From assembly GCA_016187025.1 (NCBI GenBank), contig JACPKM010000001.1, positions 171,188-235,187 on the forward strand: a stretch of 64,000 nucleotides of DNA, given 5' to 3'. This DNA comes from Candidatus Daviesbacteria bacterium (GTDB taxonomy: Bacteria; Patescibacteriota; Microgenomatia; Daviesbacterales; UBA10151). A model generated the notes under the pieces. The model ran no database searches and was not told the DNA's origin. It worked only from the letters and a program-made list of their open reading frames with translations. The first letter of the stretch is position 1; each line of letters starts with the position of its first letter. Below, piece by piece: positions 28,258 through 37,401 of this stretch. The translations under genes and the position numbers were made by a program.

Positions 28258-28784
28258 CTTCATATTTTACCTACTCCTTGCGCATTTTTAGTGATCTTTT
28301 AACTAAAAAAGAGTAATCCCCTCTTTAAACGATAGAAATGCTATCTACATCTAGTGGGCAATGTAACCAGAATTCTTGCCTAAGAAATTAAACTGTATCC
28401 GGAAACAAGTACGGACTAAACTGCCTTAAATATATCTAGGTAAGGGGTACTTGACGGTGGTATCTTTTAAGAGTTTAATTTCTTTATATGGTTGAATTAA
28501 TACATAAGTCTCCAATTCAGGAATTTTTATGCGACCCTTCTTTTAAGGTAGGGGAAGACCCCTTAGATAATGATCCACTTGCCGCAATAGCAAATGATAG
28601 GGTTACGTCTTTTCTAGACAGGGAAATAGAATGGTTTAGAGAGGGGCTAAAACAAAGGCCACAGGAGTCATTTGGTGTAGACGGAATTAGTAGCTTTAAC
28701 TTGGCATGTATTGCCAGAGCAGTAGATTTGTATACGGAAACCTTAGAAGAACTTTATGACATATTTATTTAAACTGCCTGCTAT

Positions 28785-29018
28785 TTGGCAAGCATAACAC
28801 TTTCTAAAGATGAAATTTGTAATTTTTTGGAAGATTTACTGGCTGAGGAAGGGATAGTATTTGAGGATAAACCGCAGATGCAGCAGGCTTTAAATATTTT
28901 CAAGCAAGTTGGTATTAAGTTTACCGATTCAATAATTTTAACCCAGGTAGAAAAATTTAATCCGGATGAATTTTTAACTTTTGATGAGGATTTAGAGAAA
29001 TTATATAAAAGTATTTAG
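28785..29018 (+). pseudogene. PIN-domain C-terminal fragment (possible degraded VapC)
   Basis: FTDSIILTQVEKFNPDEFLTFDEDL resembles the PIN C-terminal acidic motifs. There is no N-terminal Asp motif. The upstream ORF 28488..28772 has no recognisable partner domain. Confidence 0.25.
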
Positions 29019-29098
29019 GATAAATATCAGTTAGGTCCTTGCACTAACCCTACAAATCTCTTATCCGTATTTTATTAATTACTGTTATATTTTTATAT

Positions 29099-29707
29099 AT
29101 GGCTGGTGTCCCAATAGAAGTTATAACGGGCGAATGGTTTAGTCCTTTTACGCAGGCCAGAAAATTAGAGCCAATTGATAATAAAGCCCTACTTACTAAG
29201 CCTGATGCTCTGCCGTTTCTTAACTCTGCCATAATTTTTAATGGAATTACAGGTAGGGTTGATATTAGCGTTGAAGCAGGTAGTTTAATAAATGATGGCG
29301 GAGATACCTTGCTGGGAAATTCAACGCCAATGGGGCCCGTGGATTTAAGAATTAGGATGGAAGACGGAGATGCTATGGTGGTAGAGGCGCCTGCTACACT
29401 TAGCACTAGGTTTGAGATTGGTTCTTTGGCTGAGTTTAGATTATTAAAAGGTCACCAAGCTGAAGTAGATTTTGGTGGAAAAGTTTATGGATTAAATATA
29501 ACCGACAGAGAAGAAGACGATCAGGATGCTAAAAGATCTTTACGACAAAGAGAAAGGATAACTGTTTATAGTGAATACGAATTCACTGACGAAGAGGGTG
29601 ATGAATCAATCGTTTGGTTACCTGCTGGTTTAGACAATCCTGCTCAAACATTGGCTGTGTTTCAAAGGATTAGAATGAGGCTTGTTGAACAAGAGATTTT
29701 ATCTTAA
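29099..29707 (+). CDS. Hypothetical protein (GC-richer, Arg/Asp/Glu-rich; no recognisable domain)
   Basis: 202-aa ORF, preferred over the overlapping antisense 118-aa ORF because it is longer and in genic context. Confidence 0.35.
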   Translation: MAGVPIEVITGEWFSPFTQARKLEPIDNKALLTKPDALPFLNSAIIFNGITGRVDISVEAGSLINDGGDTLLGNSTPMGPVDLRIRMEDGDAMVVEAPATLSTRFEIGSLAEFRLLKGHQAEVDFGGKVYGLNITDREEDDQDAKRSLRQRERITVYSEYEFTDEEGDESIVWLPAGLDNPAQTLAVFQRIRMRLVEQEILS

Positions 29708-30883
29708 AAACCCAAAAAGATATAATGGACGTATGTTTAAGGAACCATACAAAATATCATCTTGTACCTGGATACCAGACTTATTAGGTCCTCCTATTTC
29801 AAGAGTATGTCCATCAGTTAAGATATCACCCTTTTTTGAATAAAAGACTTTGTATCCTGAGTCCTCCAAGCTGGAAACAGCAAACAATTCCCTTACCGTA
29901 CCAATATGCACCTCTTTTCCTATAGTTTCATTTACTGCATAGAGTAAATTAGTATTATCAAGATATACTTTTTCTGCATTTCTTATAAGAGCATGCCCTG
30001 ACTTATCAATAAGCAAAAATCTCAAAATTCCTGTATCTCTTAAAATTTGCACGTATTCAGTTACTGTTGCATGGTCTTTCCCTAAACTGTGCGCTAGTTT
30101 ATTTATACTGATGCTTCCCGGTTCTGATGTAGCAAAAAAATAGACAATCTTTTTTAGTGCATCCAGATTTTCAGTTTTTAAGGCATAAAATGAGGTTATA
30201 TCTTCATAAATTGTTTTATCAATAACTCCAATAAGAGTATCTTTAAATGCCTCATAACTTGTAATAATATTTGAGGTGGGATAATAACCCCTTTTCCAGT
30301 ATTCATGAAGGTATCCAAGCAATTTTTCAGTAGCCCCGATTTTTTTGTCTATATGAGAGGTAGCCTCGAAAATTTCTTTAAGAGTTATAACCGGATATTT
30401 ATTTCCTGTTTTAAATTCTAGGTATTCCCTAAAAGAGAAACCATACATTTGTCTTAAGATTACCCGTCTTGAGAGGTCATACTTTCCTTTAATGAGATCT
30501 ATGCTTGAACTTCCGGAAAATAGTACTTTTAGGTTTGGATAGGAGTCAAATATGTTTTTTAACTCCTGATTCCAGTTTTTATATTTATGAACCTCATCAA
30601 TACAAAGTAATTCTCCCGCGTATAATTTCACAAACTGGTCAGCTGTCTCAAGGAGGGTGTGGTCAGTAAAATATAAATTATCCCCGGATATATATAACCC
30701 TTTCTCACTATCCCCGAAATGTTCCTTTAAATATTGAAGTAAAAAAGTAGTTTTTCCTACTCCCCGTGCACCAACAACGCCAATAAATCTGTTATTCATC
30801 TGGAAATCACTATAAAATTTCCGGTAATAAGCAGGTTTTACCTCTTCAAGCAGTCTTCTATAGATTTGTATTAAATTATCCAT
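29699..30883 (-). CDS. AAA+ ATPase of the AAA_14/DUF4143 family
   Basis: Walker A GARGVGKTTFLLQYL, Walker B LLCIDEVHK, and a C-terminal DUF4143-like region (YFFATSEPGSISINKLAHSLG...). Confidence 0.8.
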   Translation of the reverse strand: MDNLIQIYRRLLEEVKPAYYRKFYSDFQMNNRFIGVVGARGVGKTTFLLQYLKEHFGDSEKGLYISGDNLYFTDHTLLETADQFVKLYAGELLCIDEVHKYKNWNQELKNIFDSYPNLKVLFSGSSSIDLIKGKYDLSRRVILRQMYGFSFREYLEFKTGNKYPVITLKEIFEATSHIDKKIGATEKLLGYLHEYWKRGYYPTSNIITSYEAFKDTLIGVIDKTIYEDITSFYALKTENLDALKKIVYFFATSEPGSISINKLAHSLGKDHATVTEYVQILRDTGILRFLLIDKSGHALIRNAEKVYLDNTNLLYAVNETIGKEVHIGTVRELFAVSSLEDSGYKVFYSKKGDILTDGHTLEIGGPNKSGIQVQDDILYGSLNIRPLYLFGFLR

Positions 30884-31024
30884 ATTTTGGGTATGATCTA
30901 GTTTTATAGTAGATTATTTAGAGTATACCCTAAATTATTAAGCATGTCAAATGAAAGATATTAAGGTAATGTCACCTTCCAGCCATACTTAGATTTCTGC
31001 TAAAATAAGGGGAGTAAAATGTTT

Positions 31025-32260
31025 TCACGCTTTGTAATACCATTCACCAGGTCTTGCAAAAGGAAAGTCAATATTACCAGCTGTATATTTTATGAATCTT
31101 TCAGTTTCCATTGATGCTGCATTATCAGCATATACAAAAGTCGGGCTCTTTACAGTTTGTAAATCATAAGTTAATTCTTCTAGCTTAAAAGCCAATGGTC
31201 TTTCATATCCAAGTACAGCCGTGGTTACTTCCATAAAATTCTCACCTCTACGAAGGTGGGCAACATCTTGAGGAGCAGCGCCATCTTGTATGGCAAGAGG
31301 AGTATAAGGTGTCAAATTGTATCTTTCGTTTACATCAACTCCTCTAAGCAGAATTTCTTGAGGAGTAAGCATAAAATCCCAACAACCCGTATCGAAAGCA
31401 ATTCTTCTTGCCTCTCTTACAGCTTCCCTCACATTAAAACCTCTGTCTTCTGTTAATCTTGCACTAGCAACAGCAAGTCCGATATTAAACTGTGGAGTTG
31501 TCATTTCTCCAAACATACATTTTTCCAAATCTTCTAGAAGTGATAATGAACTTTGCTGTTCTAAGATAGCAATCGGAACAATTTGTTCTATGGCTTCTTG
31601 AAGAGCAGCTTCCCTGGCTTGGATTTGTACAACTTGACCTTGAGGCAAAAAATGATAGGAATTTGAGGTTGCCTCAGGGTCTAATTCAGTAGTAACTCTT
31701 CCAGTCGCCGGGTCTAATTTGGTATGTCCACTAAGTCTCCTTCCTTTATCAGCTTCTTCAAAAGTGTAGGAATCTTTCTCAAGAATTAATCTGTCATTTA
31801 ATAAACCAACAGGAATATCAGGATCTAAGCGCCAAAAACCCTCATAAACAGTACTTCCTATAGCTTTATGTTCACGAGCAGACAATAGGTTGCCATTATG
31901 ACGAAAACCCTTACTATAAGCAACTGTTACGGCTTCTTCTATATATTGTCGGACTAATTGTCTTTGTGATGGGGGAAAGTAATTTAAAGCTACGAGTTCA
32001 CCAAAGTCTCTCCCTTTTAAATAGATTCCTCGGTAGGTTTGAGGGAATTTTCTTAAGGTGGCAGTTGTGTGATCAAGAACAGGTACCATTGCCTGGGAGG
32101 CGTAGTCTAACCAAAAGAGCCGCCGTCTATTATAGTCAGCATTATATTGATCATCCTCACCAATCTTCATTGTCCCCAGTTGTTCTAAGAGCCTAGGCCT
32201 TGGTTGATTTCCTTCTTGCAAAAATGACATTCTAACTTGTGATACTAGCATATAAAGCAT
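31025..32260 (-). CDS. Hypothetical 411-aa protein, possibly a phage major-capsid-like protein (very uncertain)
   Basis: Length and composition are compatible with HK97/P22-type capsid proteins. GC is higher than neighbours. No confident motif. Confidence 0.3.
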   Translation of the reverse strand: MLYMLVSQVRMSFLQEGNQPRPRLLEQLGTMKIGEDDQYNADYNRRRLFWLDYASQAMVPVLDHTTATLRKFPQTYRGIYLKGRDFGELVALNYFPPSQRQLVRQYIEEAVTVAYSKGFRHNGNLLSAREHKAIGSTVYEGFWRLDPDIPVGLLNDRLILEKDSYTFEEADKGRRLSGHTKLDPATGRVTTELDPEATSNSYHFLPQGQVVQIQAREAALQEAIEQIVPIAILEQQSSLSLLEDLEKCMFGEMTTPQFNIGLAVASARLTEDRGFNVREAVREARRIAFDTGCWDFMLTPQEILLRGVDVNERYNLTPYTPLAIQDGAAPQDVAHLRRGENFMEVTTAVLGYERPLAFKLEELTYDLQTVKSPTFVYADNAASMETERFIKYTAGNIDFPFARPGEWYYKA

Positions 32261-32383
32261 GGATAGTAAAGCTATAAGCCTTAACGGCTCCTGAAACTAC
32301 TACACGGGAAAGTGCTTTCTGAGTCGTACATATTGCCAGACAATAATATTGACAAATTTTGACCCACGCTGTATGATAAGTAC

Positions 32384-32665
32384 ATGTTAACAGTAAATAT
32401 AAGGGATTTATCCAGAAGCCCTAAGAGAATTCTTGAAGAGATTAAAAGAACTAAACAACCCAGACAGGTAGTCAGCCAAAGGAAACCTCAGGCAGTGATT
32501 GTGAGTCTAGAGGCTTTTAAGGATTTTGAAGAACTAAAAAGTAAGCAAAAACAGCAAGGGTCTGCTTTGGCACTACTAAAAATAGCCAAGATGGCAGATA
32601 AGCTAAAGGCTAAGGGCCCCAAAGATTTATCTGCTAACTTGGATAAATATACATGGGATGAGTAA
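32384..32665 (+). CDS. Phd/YefM-family type II antitoxin
   Basis: MLTVNIRDLSRSPKRILEEIKRTKQPRQVVSQRKPQAVIVSLEAFKDFEE matches the Phd/YefM N-terminal consensus. It overlaps the downstream PIN gene by 8 nt. Confidence 0.7.
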   Translation: MLTVNIRDLSRSPKRILEEIKRTKQPRQVVSQRKPQAVIVSLEAFKDFEELKSKQKQQGSALALLKIAKMADKLKAKGPKDLSANLDKYTWDE

Positions 32666-33098
32666 ATCACCAATAGTTGTTGTTGATAGTGATGGAATAG
32701 TTGCTCAGGGTAATTTGGCTGATTCCAACCACGAGACGGCTGTAAAAATAGCTGAAAAACTAATAGAGATTCAAGCAAAAGTTATCTATCCTTCCTGTAT
32801 AATTTTTGAATCTACTACAACAATGTCCAGAAAATTAAATAATCCTCAAATGGCAGCTGGAACTTTATCAGTGTTTGCTGATCCGAACATGATAATTGAA
32901 CCAATTGGCCAGGATATTATCGCTGGAGCCGCCAAATACTTTGATCCTAATGCCACTAAAAAGAATACGCCATTTGACTGTGTTGTGGTAGCAGTAGCCG
33001 ATAAATACAAAGCAGACTATATTTTTAGTTTTGATGCTTTCTATGTTAAAAAATATGGGTTTAAATTAGCAAAGGACCTGTTGTCTGGTAAACGTTAG
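32658..33098 (+). CDS. PIN-domain (VapC-like) toxin
   Basis: Acidic PIN residues: VVVDSDGIVA at the N-terminus and FDCVVVAVADKYKADYIFSFDAFY at the C-terminus. Confidence 0.7.
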   Translation: MSKSPIVVVDSDGIVAQGNLADSNHETAVKIAEKLIEIQAKVIYPSCIIFESTTTMSRKLNNPQMAAGTLSVFADPNMIIEPIGQDIIAGAAKYFDPNATKKNTPFDCVVVAVADKYKADYIFSFDAFYVKKYGFKLAKDLLSGKR

Positions 33099-33128
33099 CG
33101 GATATTAAGGTAATGTCACCTTATAACA

Positions 33129-33485
33129 CTACCCAATCCTGAATAAATTACGGACTCTTTGTAAAATCACCTTTTTAGTCTTGGTATTTAACTGCCCGGC
33201 AGTATCTTTAATAATAGATTCATCAGCTGTAAATAATTTATCCGGTCTGACATAACTTTCCACCGGTAAACCCCCGGTGGTAAAATCAGCTGTCTTAATC
33301 TGAATTGCTGTTTTGCTGGAATAAGGCTTTGAGGTAATTTGACACAAAATCAAATTCTCAAACTCTGCTTTTGCCAGAACCAAAGCTGGGCGGATTTTTT
33401 TACCCTTTAAATTTGAAAAGGGGAAGGTTACAAGAGCCACACTACCTACTCGTAGAGGAGCTTCGCTCACTGTAAACTTTTCCAT
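33129..33485 (-). CDS. mazF: MazF/PemK-family endoribonuclease toxin
   Basis: GSVALVTFPFSNLKGKKIRPALVLAK...CQITSK matches the MazF/Kid consensus. Confidence 0.8.
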   Translation of the reverse strand: MEKFTVSEAPLRVGSVALVTFPFSNLKGKKIRPALVLAKAEFENLILCQITSKPYSSKTAIQIKTADFTTGGLPVESYVRPDKLFTADESIIKDTAGQLNTKTKKVILQRVRNLFRIG

Positions 33486-33706
33486 GCCTCATCTTCTTCC
33501 GGTTTATTCCAATCATCCCCCAGTATTTTCTCTGATAGTAGCAAAGTGTCTTTTGCAGAAACTTTTTTTACAGGGGCTGCCACAATTCTGATCTCTCCTT
33601 TTTTAACCTGTAATTCAACCTCACTGCCTAACCCGCTCTCATTAAGAAGTGGTTTGGGAATCCTAACTCCCCGTGAATTTCCAATAGAAATTAGTGTCGT
33701 GATCAT
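33467..33706 (-). CDS. mazE: MazE/AbrB-type antitoxin
   Basis: SIGNSRGVRIPKPLLNESGLGSEVELQVKKGEIRIVAAP is a SpoVT/AbrB swapped-hairpin domain. It overlaps the mazF start. Confidence 0.75.
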   Translation of the reverse strand: MITTLISIGNSRGVRIPKPLLNESGLGSEVELQVKKGEIRIVAAPVKKVSAKDTLLLSEKILGDDWNKPEEDEAWKSLQ

Positions 33707-33759
33707 ACGTAATTACATTGTACCTACAGATAAAGATTATGTCAAGTCTTACAGGCATG

Positions 33760-35877
33760 TTAAAAAGGATTCTTCCCAGGCCAGTTTGCTAGCATTATAC
33801 TTTTACCTTCATGGGGTAGTTTTTGCCAGAGTTCCTCGGTTATAAAAGGCATGAAGGGATGCAAAAGCTCTAAAGAAGTTCTGAAAATATATTCCAAAAC
33901 AGGTTGGGTTTCAGTCCTTCTATCTTTGCTTTGCTCAATATATTTATCTGCAAACTCATGCCAGATAAATTCATACAAAGCATCTGCACCGTCATGGAAC
34001 CTATACTGATCGATAGCTTTACCAACTGCCTCACCCGTCTTATTAAGCTTTGCCAAAATTTCCTGATCATTTGAATTAGATAAACTTTGTATAGCCGTAG
34101 CATTTTTGTCCAGGTGTTTAGCATCCTCAGGAGCAAATTCAATGATGAATCTGCCAATATTCCAAAGCTTATTAGTAAAATTTCTCATAGCTTGTAGTTT
34201 AGGATGAGAAAGAGCCTGGTCATGCCCAAAAGCTGTCCCATAAACCAAAGCCATCCTGGCAGCATCAGCCCCATATTGTTCCACAATCTCTATCGGGTTA
34301 ACCACATTCCCCTTAGATTTGCTCATCTTTTTACCCAAAGGATCCAAAACTTTTCCGTGCAGCACTATGTCTTTAAATGGTATTTTCCCTGTAGAATAAA
34401 TCCCAAGCATTACCATCCTGGCTACCCAAAAAAGCAAAATATCATACATAGTTTCTATTACAGAGGTTGGGTAAAATTTCTCAAAACCCCCTGGACGGCT
34501 TGCTTTGAGTGTTGCGAAGGGCCACTGGCCGGAGGAAAACCAGGTGTCAAACACATCCGGATCTCTTTCTAAGCTGACATTTTCGCAACTGGGGCACTTG
34601 TTAGGAGTTTCCCCCTCAGTCACGATCCACTTATCACAATTTTTACAAAACCAAGCCGGAATCTGCATTCCCCAAACAATCTGACGGGAGATATTCCAAT
34701 CTTTAATATTTTCCAGCCATCTAAAGTAAGTTGTTTCCCAGTTTTTGGGATAAATTTTAATCTTTTCCTCTTTAACAACCTCAATTGCCTTCTTTGCCAA
34801 ATCACCCACCTTAATAAACCACTGCTCTAAGGGTAAGGGTTCAATCTCAGTGCCGCATTTATAGCATACACCTACCCTGTTTTTATAACTTTCATCTATC
34901 TTCTCAATTAATCCCTTTTCCTGCATCTCTTTGGCGATTGCAGCACGGGCTTCTTTGACTCTCATACCGGCAAACTTACCAGCCTTTTCATTTAGCCTGC
35001 CGTCAAACCCAATTACCTGGCGTACTTCTAAGTTATGCCTTTTACCAATTTCAGAGTCCACCATGCTATGGGCAGGAGTTACCTTAACTACACCTGTTCC
35101 AAACTCCGGATCCACTGCTTCATCAGAAATAACCTTTATTTTAGCTGGGCCAAGTACTGTCTCTATATCTAACTCTTTGCCAATATATTGCTGGTAGCGG
35201 GTATCTCTAGGATGCACTGCTACGGCAGTATCCCCAAATTTAGTTTCAAGCCTAACTGTTGCCAAAATTAAGGGTCCGTATTTGATGTAATATAGCGGGG
35301 TAGTCCTATCTTCATATAAAACCTCCAAATCAGAAAAACTGGTGCCGTGTTTGGTGCAATAGTTTACAATCCTGGTGCCCCGGTAGATTAAACCGTCATC
35401 AAACATCTTTTTAAATGTTTTATAAACAATTTTTATAATGTCCGGATCTAAAGTAAATTTCATTCTTGACCAGTCAACAGAAAAGCCCATCTTGCGGAGC
35501 TGGCCTTCCATGGTGCCTTTATTATCCTGGACAAAATCCCAGATCATCTGGTATAGGGTTTCCCTATCATAGTCAAAACGGGATTTACCCTCCTTTTCTA
35601 ACTGTTTTTCAAAAACTACCTGGGTTTCAAAGCCGGCATGGTCAGAGCCAGGCAGCCAGAGGGTAGAATCGCCTAGCATTCTATGGTATCTGATTAAGAT
35701 ATCTTCCACTACATACATGGCATGGCCAAAATGGAGGGGAGCATTAGCATTAGGTGGAGGTAAAATTATGGTGTAGGGTTTGCCATCTGGATTCACCTCA
35801 GGTTTAAAAAATCCTGATTCCTCCCAGAATTTGTACCATTTCTCTTCAGTTTTTGTTTGATCGTATACTTTATCCAT
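33760..35877 (-). CDS. valS: Valyl-tRNA synthetase (short form, 705 aa)
   Basis: Class I HIGH variant PPPNANAPLHFGHA, LPGSDHAGFETQ (ValRS GxDHAGIATQ-like), and KMSKS. A CP1 editing region is present. The C-terminal coiled-coil is apparently absent. Confidence 0.75.
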   Translation of the reverse strand: MDKVYDQTKTEEKWYKFWEESGFFKPEVNPDGKPYTIILPPPNANAPLHFGHAMYVVEDILIRYHRMLGDSTLWLPGSDHAGFETQVVFEKQLEKEGKSRFDYDRETLYQMIWDFVQDNKGTMEGQLRKMGFSVDWSRMKFTLDPDIIKIVYKTFKKMFDDGLIYRGTRIVNYCTKHGTSFSDLEVLYEDRTTPLYYIKYGPLILATVRLETKFGDTAVAVHPRDTRYQQYIGKELDIETVLGPAKIKVISDEAVDPEFGTGVVKVTPAHSMVDSEIGKRHNLEVRQVIGFDGRLNEKAGKFAGMRVKEARAAIAKEMQEKGLIEKIDESYKNRVGVCYKCGTEIEPLPLEQWFIKVGDLAKKAIEVVKEEKIKIYPKNWETTYFRWLENIKDWNISRQIVWGMQIPAWFCKNCDKWIVTEGETPNKCPSCENVSLERDPDVFDTWFSSGQWPFATLKASRPGGFEKFYPTSVIETMYDILLFWVARMVMLGIYSTGKIPFKDIVLHGKVLDPLGKKMSKSKGNVVNPIEIVEQYGADAARMALVYGTAFGHDQALSHPKLQAMRNFTNKLWNIGRFIIEFAPEDAKHLDKNATAIQSLSNSNDQEILAKLNKTGEAVGKAIDQYRFHDGADALYEFIWHEFADKYIEQSKDRRTETQPVLEYIFRTSLELLHPFMPFITEELWQKLPHEGKSIMLANWPGKNPF

Positions 35878-36451
35878 ACAATACTGCTTCCCTTTTAAGT
35901 CGCCTTTTCATAGCAGCTGTTGCTCTGGCAAACCTTTTTTTGCTTGAGTTGACAGTAATTTTTAGCGCCTGCGCAATTTCCGGGTGACTAAAACCATAAA
36001 AACGTCCTGCAACTACTGCTTGTTGCTCGGGTGTTAAATTACCAACCAAACCTGCTACCTCTTCATTATATAAAAAAATATTTTCAGGATTACCCCTTGG
36101 ATCACTGGGAAGAATTGGGATTTCATCACCCCCATAGGTTATATAAACAGTTTTGGCATCACGTCTAGCTGCTCTTTGAGAGCGAAAGAAGTCAATTATG
36201 TCATTACCCACGATTCTATTAATCCAACCATTAACACTTGCAGCTGTGACTGTTCCACTTCTTGTTAAAGCGTGCATATAAGCATCTTGAACTATATCTT
36301 CAGCTGCCTCCGGACTAAGTAAAGATCTTCGGGTAACACCTTTTACTATTACCTCAAAGCGGGTTTGATAGTGCCCAGCAATAATATCATTACGATCTGA
36401 GGCACGCAGAGGTGTTCTTATATCTGTACCATTTAATGTTTCTATAGTCAT
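35870..36451 (-). CDS. ECF-type RNA polymerase sigma-70 family factor
   Basis: Region 2 EAAEDIVQDAYMHAL and region 4 HTH LTPEQQAVVAGRFYGFSHPEIAQALKITVNSSKKRFARATAAMKRRL. GC and Arg content are higher than the genome background. It overlaps the valS start by 8 nt. Confidence 0.7.
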   Translation of the reverse strand: MTIETLNGTDIRTPLRASDRNDIIAGHYQTRFEVIVKGVTRRSLLSPEAAEDIVQDAYMHALTRSGTVTAASVNGWINRIVGNDIIDFFRSQRAARRDAKTVYITYGGDEIPILPSDPRGNPENIFLYNEEVAGLVGNLTPEQQAVVAGRFYGFSHPEIAQALKITVNSSKKRFARATAAMKRRLKREAVLYG

Positions 36452-36466
36452 AGAATTATTTTACCA

Positions 36467-36520
36467 AAAAAAACACGCCAATCCCTTCTGTTGGGACGAG
36501 CGTGTCCTTCGATTTCACTC
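36467..36520 (-). terminator. Rho-independent terminator downstream of the 219-aa ORF
   Basis: The minus strand reads ACACGCTCGTCCCAACAGAAGGGATTGGCGTGTTTTTTTT: a GC-containing hairpin followed by a T8 tract. Confidence 0.5.
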
Positions 36521-36687
36521 AGGATTATAACCCATGGTACCACCCAAATTACTTCTTGATTACTGCTGTTACGGGCTTACCCGGAGGGTTCTAAGTTTTT
36601 CTTCCCTCAGCTTCTTGAGTGACGTTAATCTCAAGTCAAACGCTTTGTAAAAAGTATAAGCTGAAGATAGTAAAAAATCAAGTTAAA

Positions 36688-37347
36688 CTAGGGGGTAATC
36701 ATTAACATCGGGTTTATAAGTTTTCTACTCATAGGAAATTTTCGATCACGGGCACCTGCAACCATGCTATAAACATCTACTTCAGATTCTCTTACTGCTG
36801 TAATTACCGGTTGTGTAAATAAGCTCCATGCTATAAGCAACCTTTGATTTTCTTTATCTCCTATAATACAGCGAACCATTCTTCTGGGAAATGCTAAGGT
36901 GGCAAGGTTCATAGTAATCCTGTAGGTTTCTGCCTGTAGCTGTGGCCCAGAAACTAATCTTAATTCATCACTGCAAGCAACGGGTTTAAACTCATTTCCA
37001 AGTTGAGTTCCCCATAACTCTACATATGATAATCCTTTGAACTGTTCAGTTAAGGTGGGAGGGGTTACCAACTTCCGTGTTGGTAATAAAGTATTTCCCA
37101 GCGGCCTATCAACTTTAATACAATCCGGGGTGCATTTATATTCGATAGCTACTGTGGTTACACCCGGGTTGAAAACCTCATTATATATAAAGCCCTCGCC
37201 CCTCCTCTGTAGGGATATTAAAACAATCCGGTCATTACGGTCAGATAGTCGGACGAGATGGTCAAAAGACTGCGGAGCAACCTTATGGCCGTTTACCCAA
37301 ACTCTAGTTTCAGGTTGAAGATAGATACTACGCTTTAAAAGCTCCAT
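36688..37347 (-). CDS. Hypothetical soluble protein (GC-richer, Arg-rich), upstream of the ECF sigma gene
   Basis: 219-aa ORF with no TM and no recognised motif. Confidence 0.35.
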   Translation of the reverse strand: MELLKRSIYLQPETRVWVNGHKVAPQSFDHLVRLSDRNDRIVLISLQRRGEGFIYNEVFNPGVTTVAIEYKCTPDCIKVDRPLGNTLLPTRKLVTPPTLTEQFKGLSYVELWGTQLGNEFKPVACSDELRLVSGPQLQAETYRITMNLATLAFPRRMVRCIIGDKENQRLLIAWSLFTQPVITAVRESEVDVYSMVAGARDRKFPMSRKLINPMLMITP

Positions 37348-37401
37348 AAAAGAAAGCCCACTTGAGGGTAGGCTATTGTGGCGATTGTATTGCGGCTACT
37401 T

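Noticed and set aside
29050-29406. 118-aa minus-strand ORF
   Set aside because: It overlaps almost completely with the longer 202-aa plus-strand ORF 29099..29707. Neither has motifs. I kept the longer as the feature and treated this one as a likely shadow.
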